64,000 nucleotides of DNA from Intoshia linei (Eukaryota; Animalia; Orthonectida): positions 1,582 to 65,581 of the forward strand of contig LWCA01000056.1 in assembly GCA_001642005.1 (NCBI GenBank). The letters run 5' to 3'. Position numbers and translations under genes: made by a program. Position 1 is the first letter of the stretch. The number at the start of each line of letters is the position of its first letter. The notes beneath the pieces were generated by a model that did no database searches, was not told the origin of the DNA, and saw nothing but the letters and a program-made list of their open reading frames with translations. Of the stretch, positions 13,201 through 30,093 are shown in pieces.

Positions 13201-13801
13201 AAGTGTGGCCTAGCATAAAAAAAGTTGGAAAAAACTGGTCTACATTAAGGGTCGTTAACCTTTTACATCTCATGGACCACTTTTTATATCAATAAATTAT
13301 ATTGGCCGTTTTTCAAAATTTACACATGATACATTTAAATTTTAACTGAACAGAAACGATTCTAGTATATTCAACAAAATAAAATGCAGAGCGATCTGAA
13401 AATTCAGTATTGAAGTGAAAAAAGTTAAAAGTTGAGAAATAAATAATTTACATATTTACTCAAAGGACGACCAAAATTATTCTGTGAGCCGCTTTTGCCC
13501 GCGGGCTACTGGTTACCGACACCTGGTCTACATAAAACGATCTATTTGTAGTTATATAAATTCACAGGAAAAAACTTTTATTATTTTTTAGTTAAATTGA
13601 AAACCTAATAATTCATTAAATTAGATACTAGTTTGAAAATAATGTAAATATATTTTTATACCGTTTACCAGCCAGTTGTGTTCATTTTTACATTTAATTC
13701 CATATATTTTATAATTTTGAATACACCCTAAAATGAAAATATTATTTCACTATATAAAAATTAGTATTCTTTAATTTTTTACCAGATACATTGTACTTCA
13801 T
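7257..13801 (-). CDS. RNASEH1: Ribonuclease H1, about 177 aa in 7 exons, catalytic domain only; 5' end may extend to 14097
   Basis: Spliced product MKYNVSG/CIQNY...NWLVND/SNVLICFTDGSCSGNGTNETKSAVGVYWGHDNQY/NVSEKL..CTCNDAELN/ACLRSI..LIIATDSSYAMKC/ITTWRFNWIKNNWKTS..NLHLIQEI..IDC/IKVKGHSKNVQNDAAHKLAKNGLKL*. All GT-AG junctions keep the frame; motifs match eukaryotic RNase H1. Confidence 0.9.
7513..8948 (+). mobile_element. Tc1-like (DD34E-type) transposon with a disrupted transposase, in RNase H1 intron 5
   Basis: TIRs TACTCCCTCGCAAAAATTTTGCAATTA / TAATTGCAAAATTGCTGCGAGGGAGTA with TA on both sides. Remnant motifs IVFSDECRF, IIWGCL, FQQDNARPH, WPPYSPD and NLWSIMK are broken by stops and frameshifts. 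Confidence 0.9.
8985..10888 (-). mobile_element. Chapaev3-like (CMC superfamily) internally deleted transposon
   Basis: Termini CACTGTCCAACA...TGTTGGACAGTG with TTA on both sides (TWA-type TSD). ORF 10162-10440 (FLGNNRSENY..KMHYLEFHLDFF..SDEKGEQFHQ) and adjacent KLMAGILNGPQIRKL match the C-terminus of this transposase family as I recall it. Confidence 0.8.
9393..10056. mobile_element. hAT MITE nested in the Chapaev3 element
   Basis: TIRs TAGGCATTCTCAAC...GTTGAGAATGGCTG; perfect 8-bp TSD ATGTAAGT. Confidence 0.85.
11745..13237 (+). mobile_element. Buster/Charlie-type hAT deletion derivative
   Basis: TIRs CAGTGTTTC...GAAAAAACTG; TSD GTCTACGT/GTCTACAT. Dimerisation-domain remnant FLSSYLAECWFSAV..KKRNRLQISKRGDLRLKLT at about 12755-12940. 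Confidence 0.8.
11960..12575. mobile_element. MITE nested in the hAT element
   Basis: TIRs TAGTGTTTCAAT...ATTGAAACACTA with repeated subterminal TTACCGGTAA motifs; TSD poor. Confidence 0.65.
13246..13525. mobile_element. hAT MITE, same family as 61256-61490
   Basis: TIRs TAAGGGTCGTTAACC...GGTTACCGACACCTG; TSD GTCTACAT on both sides; internal sequence shared with the 61256 copy. Confidence 0.8.
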
Positions 13802-15438
13802 AGTTAGTGACTAACTGTTAGTCATGTATATCAGAATAGTAAATTATGTTTTCGTGTAAAAAATACACAGTTGAAATTTTTTTAACACAATTGAAAAAAT
13901 GTTAATTTCCACATTACATAATGTCAAAAATCATAAAAGAAATAGGCGTCATGATGAAACGAGTTTGGCTTGTGTAACGTTAAAATCAACAAATTACGTT
14001 CCTCCCATTGAAAAAACTGTAGCGTAATTGCTTAAATCTAATTAAATGTAAAAACTAATTTTTTTAACTCATTTTCTCTCACCAAATATGTCTTCATCTC
14101 AGTTTGATTGCAAATAGGAGAAAATATTTTTTTACTAACAACATACTAGAAATTAATTTCTGAAAATAATATTAAAATTAACACACCTAGTTTGAGTTGG
14201 CTGTTATCACTGATGTATATTATACAATGTATAATATACATCATTTACTTACATATAAATGAAAGTCCGTATATAACTGTTTAATTAAAAAATTAAATCA
14301 TATACAATGTAATATAAAAAACTCAATTTCTATTACAGTTTCTTAGTGATTCCCAAATTTTATTCTTAGAAATTGGGGCCTTTATGGTCAAAATACAAAA
14401 CTACCATTTTTTAAAAATGATAATTTTATAGTCCTAGAAATTAAAAAAAGATAAATTCTGGGACAGCTATTAAAATCATTTAGACTATCGTAAATCTCAC
14501 ATCACAAAATTACATCTTTATGGTAAAAACCCAAAATTACCTTTTTTTGAAAATGAAACGAGTACTAGAATTTTAATAAAACATATTTTTAGAATGTTTT
14601 TAAAATCATGAGCATTATCATAAAGCATAACCTCAACAACTTACCTCTTCACGACCAAAACCCAAGCTTACACTTTTTTTAAAAAGTAAAGTCTTGAAAA
14701 ACCTTGATCGTCGTTTAAAAAAAACACATCCATCACCAAACTATTGGCAAATTAATATATATTATTAGCTATATTTAATTAAAAGATACCGCATAAAATT
14801 TTTGAGTATCTTTGAAAAACAGGTTTAACATAATTAATCATTTCAAATTTCTATATAATCCAAGTTTCACGTGATTTAGATATCGCAAATGTTTGATTAA
14901 ATTTATCAATCTAAATGTTAATTATAAAATGAAAATCATTAGAACCGAAAAAAATAAATAGATAAATAATCCACTTTTAAACTTGGATCAAAAACAGTTT
15001 TCAAAATGCAGTATGTATCCTTAAATTATTATTAAAAGCCCATCACTAAGACATTCGTCATCACATTTTTCAGTGTTACTCTTGCAGTTTGTCAGAGCAG
15101 TGGTTCTCAATATGGCAGAAAATCCCTCTAAGGGGGAGATTCAAAATTCAGAAACTAACATATTAAAAAGTAAATTATCATTCAAGCGGTAATTGTCAAC
15201 TAAAAAGGTAGAATTTAAGTTATTTTAGTTGATTTAAACTTGATAAAACAATGTATTATTTCACAGTACACCATAATAAATTTAAAAAACCTTAAAAAGC
15301 GTGATAAAACATTATACACATAAGGCTACATCAATTCAAAAAATGAAAAAATATTAAAAATATCTTTATTAAAAATTGCACAAATTTAAACAAAATTTTA
15401 TCCTAAAATGTTATAAAATATAAATTAAATTGACAAAA

Positions 15439-18400
15439 ATGCAATATGAAATTTCAGATTCCAATTTAAAACAAATTTATCAGAACAACAATGTTAACAA
15501 TGTATTAATTTCGAAAAATCATGATAAATTCGTAAAAATTGATTGCATTATGGGTAAATTTATCATTGTTTGTAAATTTTGTCAAATTTAATTTCTAAAA
15601 TGTATTAACCTAATCTAAAATTTTTAATTAACCGTCTAAATTTTAGGAATAGACGAAGCAGGACGTGGACCTGTTTTAGGTAAAAAATAAAAATACAATG
15701 TACAATATTGAATTTTTCATAGGACCCATGGTTTATGGGGCTGCATTTTGTGAAATTAAAGATAATGTTACAAAATATGGATTCGTTGGTACATTCTTAA
15801 TTACTTTTGTATTATCAAAGGTTTTATTTTAAAGTTCTTTATTATTATTATTTTAATTTAAAAATTCAATTACATCTTGTAAAGCAAATCCTAACTTATA
15901 TAATATGCGACGCGATTTTTGTTTGTGTGTCTGTGTGTCCTATTTTATTGAAATAACTAGTATTCTTAGAATTTTTTAAAGACCACATTTCAATTAGTTT
16001 TTTCCGAAACGTATAATAAGATAAATTTCAACCTCCCAATTTCACATCTTAAGGGTCAAAAACCCTGTTGTCCCTCTTTTTGAAAATTAAACGAATTGAA
16101 GAATTTAAAAATATATATACGTTGATGCGGATTTCTAAATCATAAACATTATCATAAATTTAAATTTAACCTTCATGGCCAAAACCCCAAATTTCCTTTT
16201 CAACAATATTACCCTCAACAATATCATTAGTAAAAAGTAGCCTGAAGAAATTTAATATTGAAATATTGTTTCTGTCAAATATAGTATTTTGTGATGGATT
16301 AAATTTAGTAAATTGTTCATTCGTGGATTCAAGTTTGCTTTCATAACAATAATAATTCAATAAAAAAAAAAATAAAATTCAATAATATACGTTTTCATAG
16401 TTTTTAGCTGTGAAAAAATATATGTACTGAGTGCACTCAACTCAATACAAATAAATAAAAATGTAGTAAATTTAAAGTGTCACTTTTATTGCATTATCTT
16501 TTATTGTTATTTTATGACTATAAATTAATTTATTTAGCCGATCGTGTAAGACAAATTTCATTCATAATTATGGGTCAAAAATGACCCCGTGCGAGTAGTG
16601 AAGGGTTAAGTTAAATTTTCAACATAAATTTATTTTTTTGGTATAATAAAAGAGTGCTCTCGGCAGAGCTAGGTGCTGTTTGTATGTAGTACAAAACTGC
16701 CAAGCTAGTTAATTATAATTGTTGAAATACATTTGTACATTTGAATAAAAATGTATACGTTTATTAAATTTTTCAAATTGAATGATAATTTGGTATCTAT
16801 ATTTACCGTTTCAAAAAGTTATGTTGTAAAAAATGTAAATTAAATGTAAATAATGTACAAATTGTACAAATGTTGATTCAAGTTGATAAAATTAAATTAA
16901 TTTTTGTTGTAACATCACATAATATATTTATATTAATTAATTAAATATTTTAATTTTACATTATACTTGTATAAGACGGAAAATGTCACAAAATTTCCAG
17001 TAGGATCTGGTAGCGTTGATCTGTAACTCAAGCGAGTACTGTTTGTTTGCAAAACTCGTAGTGATGTATAGCTTTGTCTCAATGCGTTATTTCGGATGTC
17101 CTAGCTGGGCCAGACATCAACATGTGTCAATTATGGTAGCATAATTAGTACAGGTTGTATAATGAGGAGCGTTCGGCTGAGGAGCGAAAGCTAGCAGGTC
17201 AAAGCCCCCGTGTCTGGTGGCAGCGGGATAGCATCTGATAGTGTTGGGCTTGGTTGTATTCACCTTGTGGCCATACCAAACAAACTTTTTGTTAAATTTT
17301 TCTTTATATTTTGATGTTTTTTTTTGTATTTCTTATTTTAATTACATTTTAAAATTTTTTTATGGAAAGGACACCCGTCAGATTCATAAATTTTCATTTT
17401 TTTTTCTTCGTGATTAGTTTGTAAAATTCATTTTAGATTCAAAAACAATCAATGAATCTAAACGAAATTCAATTTTTCAATCTATAAATCAAAATTCAGA
17501 CATTGGATGGATTGTAAATGTTGTTTCGCCAAATTTTTTGTCTAATTCTCAATTATCTAGGTATTTACTGTTTTTAAAATAATATAATTTTTTCTAAAAA
17601 TACGAATATAGAACAAAATACAATTTAAATACCATATCTCATGATTGTGCCATCAATCTGGTTACATTAGTAATTGAAAAGGGTATAAATATTGTTGAAT
17701 TGTATGTTGACACAGTTGGGGATCCTGTCAAGTACGCACAGTTGTTGGAAAAAAATTTTCCGCGTATTAAAATATGTGTTTCCAAAAAGGCTGATTCCAA
17801 GTACGAAATTGTTGGTGCAGCTAGTATTTGTGCCAAGGTATCAAGTTTTTTTCAGTTTAACATTATTTGGTCATTTTGAAAGGCAAATTTTTAAGAATAT
17901 TTTCGTGTAAATTAGTCTTGCATTATGAGTATTTTTGTTAGCTTTTTAGGATAGTTTTCAAGTAAAAAATGGGTATTTTAAATTAAAATAATAATTTAAA
18001 ATTTTTGTTGCTAAAATAAGATTTTACATCAATTAGTGTGACTATTTTTAAAATCTTCTTTTTTATATTTCATTTACTTGTATATAGGTTATTAGAGATG
18101 CTGTTATTAAAAACTGGAAGTTTTTGGAGGATGATAATAACGACTTGTATAATAATTTTGGATCTGGATATCCTAATGGTAAATATTTCATATCATTTTT
18201 TGAAATCATTCAGGGTAGACACAATAAGCTACAAGTTTTGTAAGTTATAAGTTATAAGTTGTAATCTTTATTTTCAGCAGATGAATTTAATTTAATGGTT
18301 GTAATAATTACCTTCAATGCAATTTAAATGACCGAAGCTCATTAAGTAAAATGTAGAGGGAATTTAATTCATTTATTTCAAATTATATTTTTTCATTTTT

Positions 18401-20920
18401 AAAAATAGGTTTCATTTGTGGTTTTGGTCGTAAAGACGCATGTTTATGAGTTTGAGTTGGAATTATTCCATAAAATATAATCATGGTGGGCTGCGATACA
18501 ATGTAACGAGTCAAAACATGAATATTGAAGTGTTAATAATGACTACATTTAATATTTGCTCTGCATAAAAAAAGTTTCTATTTATTATTTCATGCAATAT
18601 TTAGTTATGAAAAAGTTTCACTTTTTATTTTTTCAATTAACCGAAAATATAAATCAAAAAAACCAATTAATTGAAAAATATATTTTCAATTATTTCCAAT
18701 ACCTGCTAGTGATTAATAATGAAAATTCTAATTCTTCTCTTGAGCAGAATCAACAAAAACTATACATAAAAGTGTTTATATTTTGTACATTTTAATTAAT
18801 TAATTAATTAATAAATTACATAATTATACATAAGATTGGTATCATTGTGCGAATTGGTATGTAAAAATTAATTTCTAATTTTTAGGTTGTATAATAATTT
18901 TTTTATTTTTCTTACAATTTCTTAATAAAAATATTTTGTTAGGTTGTACATGACCGCAGGTCCATCTGACACGAACCACGAACTTGTCGGTTGTATTTCA
19001 GGTGATTTCAGGAATATAAGTGAATTAAGACGTTTATTCTCTGGAGCGACATTTGTTTGAGAGATGTATTGTTGAAGCGATAGAGCGACAATTCATCGAT
19101 TTTACTAATTTATTATATCCTTGATTTTTTCACAAAATTTTAGTGAATTTCTTTATTCATATTTTTTTATTACTTTTATTATCTTTATTCATAATTTTGG
19201 GACCAAAATTTTGTAGGGCTTTTAGGGGAATATTTTTTTCTACAATTTTTAAAAGAATTTGAAAATAATTTTGAGACCAAAATTTTATAGGGCTTTTAAG
19301 GGAATATTTTTTTCTATCATTTTAAAAGATTTTGAAGATAAAATTGGGATGAAAATTTTGTAGGGTTTTTAATGGAAGTTTTTTTATTGAATTTTTGAAG
19401 ATCCTATAAAATTTTTAAAATATTCCCTTCAAATCCCATAAAATTTTTAAAAATTGGGTGAAAAAAATCCCTTAAAAACTCTACAAAATGTTGGTCATTG
19501 TCATATAAAAAACCTTGAAAAAACCACAAAAATGTTGTCAAAAAATAAATATTATGATTGATTAACAAAAACGATGATTATGTCTCTAACAATATATTTC
19601 TCAAACGTATGTCGTTCAACTGAATGTACGCCGTGGATTAAAAACGTTGATATTTTATCATGTGGTAAAGGATACGAATAATTTTTATTTTGAAAAATTT
19701 AACTTGTCAAAGACATAACTAATTTATAACAATGCATTGCAAATTACATTATTCTACATGTAATATTCTAATATATTTTTAGATCCATTAACAAAGGCTT
19801 ATTTAAAGAAAAATTTGAATCAAACGTTTGGATTTCCTACATTAGTAAGATTCGATTGGTCTACGGCAAAAAAAATTATTGACACTTCATGTGTTGCTAT
19901 TGAATGGTAGTTTTAATCTACATAATTTATTTATACGCTACAATAGGGACCGGGAGGACATTTTCCGGTTATTATCCGCTCGGTTCGTAAAAATTGTATA
20001 TGATATGTATAATTTTTATATTATGAAAATTGAGACTTATTTACCGTAAATCAGTGTTTCCCAACCTTTTAAGTGTCATGTTTTATTTTTATCCTTACGA
20101 AATTTTTGAGTTTAATGTAAACATTTTTAGTCTATCAAAAATATGCGAATTTACCAAAGTTTAGTTTTATCTTGTTCAAAAATTATCATTGCTGTAACTT
20201 TACCTGATAAATTTTACCATTGTGTTTCAATAGTAGTTATAAGTTATAACTTTAAAGTTAAATATGATGTGGTCAATGGCCACTGATCATTATTGTAATC
20301 AAAAATGCATGTAAAAATACCTCTAAAGATATATATAAATTTTAATAAAAATTGAAATTATCAATGAATTTGTAACAATAGAAAATCATTGATAACAATA
20401 ATCAATGATTTTGTTTTCTAAAATTTTTAAAGCCCAACCAAATATTCACAAATCTCACTCAAATTTTCTAAGCCCCACCGGTGGGGCACACGCCCCACGT
20501 TGGAAATTGCTACCCTAAATCATTTGATATATTTATACCATTTGACAGCAAATATGTATTATTCCGATAACTGCTATACAGTATCATCCTTACTTATATA
20601 ATATGCTATGCAATATTTGTTTGTGTGTATGTGTGTGTTACCGTTTATTTCAATAACTACCAATCTTAGAATTTTATAAAGTACACATTTGAATTACAGT
20701 TTTTTCCGGGTGTTAGCAAATAAATTTCAACCCCTTAACTCACATTTTACGGGTCAAAAACCCCAGTTGTTCCTCTTTTTGAAAATTAAACGAGATTTTG
20801 ATTTTATATTAATGTAGGGATAATGAAGAAAAAAGAAAGATTAAACCTAAAGTAAACATGAATTATGGAAAAAAGAAACAATATTTTTTGGAATCATTTA
20901 TATACCAAGATAGTTTTTAA
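15439..20920 (+). CDS. RNASEH2A: Ribonuclease H2 subunit A, 8 exons
   Basis: [102 protein letters not shown]. All four catalytic acidic residues present. TAA at 20918-20920. Confidence 0.95.
15889..16708 (+). mobile_element. Non-autonomous Helitron-like element
   Basis: A|TCCTAACTTATATAATAT start followed by a GT microsatellite; 3' subterminal hairpin CTGTTTGTA..TACAAAAC then CTAG|T. The same ends recur near 1790-1823, 20587, 28240, 33146, 35570, 42725, 46950, 49307, 51270, 53275 and 61720. Confidence 0.75.
17000..17285 (+). ncRNA. RN7SL: Signal recognition particle RNA (7SL)
   Basis: GC-rich island. Alu domain (GGATC..GATC-TGTAA-CTC AAGC GAG), helix 6 AATTATG-GTAG-CATAATT, helix 8 GAGG-AGC-GAAA-GCT-AGCAG followed by GTCAAAGCCCCCGTG..GCGGGATAGC, as in metazoan 7SL. 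The 3' CAAACAAAC can pair with the 5' GTTTGTTTG. Confidence 0.93.
17286..17290 (+). terminator. RNA polymerase III oligo-T terminator of the SRP RNA
   Basis: TTTTT immediately after the closing helix. Confidence 0.7.
19030..19632. mobile_element. Foldback-like element with about 50-bp TIRs and internal about 75-bp tandem repeats
   Basis: GAGCGACATTTGTTTGAGAGATGTATTGTT vs AACAATATATTTCTCAAACGTATGTCGTTC. Three internal units (..GACCAAAATTTTGTAGGGCTTTTA..) followed by inverted units. Related sequence at 35870-36404. Confidence 0.65.
20052..20512. mobile_element. hAT MITE
   Basis: TIRs CAGTGTTTCCCAAC...GTTGGAAATTGCTA; TSD CCGTAAAT/CCCTAAAT. Confidence 0.7.
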
Positions 20921-20951
20921 TATTATACAATTGTATTAAAATTTTTACAAT

Positions 20952-21695
20952 TTATTCCCATTTATTTATTTTCATCAAATGAACAGATTCCAATATATAT
21001 TTACCCTCTTTGTATTTTTCACATTGTGCCGGCGATCTTTGCTAAATTGATTTTAATATATTTGATACATCATTGTTTATGTCGTTCAAGTTCAGGCTGA
21101 CACGAGATTTTGAGAATTTATAATAATTACGACAAATGTAACCATTTAACAAATGATCTTAGAAATTACCAATTACCCCACAATTTTCCTGTTAGATGAA
21201 AAAATAAAATACATAGTTTTGATTATAATCAATGGCTATTAACCGTAAGGGCTGAGAATTACTGAAATTGAATTATTATTTTTATCAGTATTTTCGAGAT
21301 GTACTAAATAAAGTCATACATATTTCCATCCTACAATGACTTCGCAAAATGTACAATGAATATCACATACTCTGTGTACACCAGTCATGAATAATCGTTC
21401 TTCAGATTTTCCTAATGTTATATTGAGTACTTTGATAGCTAAATATGCATCTCCACTACTTCCATGAAAAGCCTAAAATTAAGTATTTAAAAAAGTATTA
21501 ATATTATTATCACACCTTGCTGATAATATCGTTCCGATTGAGCAAATGGCTGTTACACCTCAAACACGTATAAAAAACTTTACTATCAGCAACATATTGT
21601 TTGTTTGGTTTATATCTAAAAGATGAATTATTAAACAGTTCTTTTACTCCTAAACTGTAAAATACTGTAAAATTTCTTATTTGGATATTCATCAT
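20952..21695 (-). CDS. YPEL: Yippee-like zinc-binding protein; start codon uncertain
   Basis: Three exons: ..QYVADSKVFYTCLRCNSHLLNRNDIISK/AFHGSSGDAYL..EERLFMTGVHRVCDIHCTFCEVIVGWKY/QRSPAQCEKYKEGKYILESVHL..WE*. Both CxxC pairs and the KYKEG motif are present. Confidence 0.88.
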
Positions 21696-22363
21696 ACATA
21701 AGTAAATAACAATATTCAAAATTTTAAATTTAGTATTTAATGGTTTCCAAGTCTTAAAATGTAAATCTATGGATTTTTGCAATCAGTTATCAATTGCAAA
21801 AAATACACAAATTAATTAAGCATACACAATTGGAGTTTAGGAGAGAAATATTTACTTATTAGACAAACTTAAACTCAAGTACATTGAAATGTAATCAAAA
21901 TGATGATTAAAGATTCAATGTATTGGATGAGCCGTGTCCATTGAACGTGAATGTTATTTTAGGTTTATCTAACCAACCTGGAAGACAAAATCAATTTAAA
22001 TGAAAAATAATTACAAATTAAAAAATGTACTAAGTTGGCAGCAACATTAAAAAATGAGATTATTGCCAAAATTTTTTAAATTTTCCTTTGACCTCTTTGT
22101 GAATCTAATGATTTATTAACTCGTCGATAGACAAAAAAATTAATTATGTAATACATTCCAGATTCCAAAATTTTTACTGTTACAATAAACTTAGATGTAT
22201 AAGTCTATAAAATAAGAAAAGTCAGCGTATGTAGCAATACATTTTTCCAGTTTTCTAAAATTTAAAAAATTTATTAATGTGAATTGTTTTACTGTTTATC
22301 TGGACACTAATTTTGAATGATATTCAATAAACTTTACTTGTTTATTATTTAAATTTCAAAGTT

Positions 22364-29809
<7,446 letters not shown>

Positions 29810-30093
29810 AAGAGCATATATACATGTATATTTATAATTAAATTTGCATTTTACATAAAACATTGTTAATTAAATATATAATTATAATTTGTAGCGCCTG
29901 TTTTATATTTTACGTGTTATAAATCAAATGCGACTCATTAAAATATTTTTCATTGTTGATTTTTAGTTCAATTATTATTTTGTTTTATTTTAAATTTAAT
30001 TAAACAGTAAAATTGTAATTACACTTAGACAAAATTGATTTTAACATATGTACTTTTACTGATACAACCACCTGTTTTAATTTTCATTTTAAG

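Noticed and set aside
17639-17910. ORFs 17639-17836, 17692-17910 and similar short track ORFs (22495, 35614-36658, 41134-41638, 53521 minus)
   Set aside because: They are antisense or off-frame shadows of real exons, or AT-rich TE sequence.
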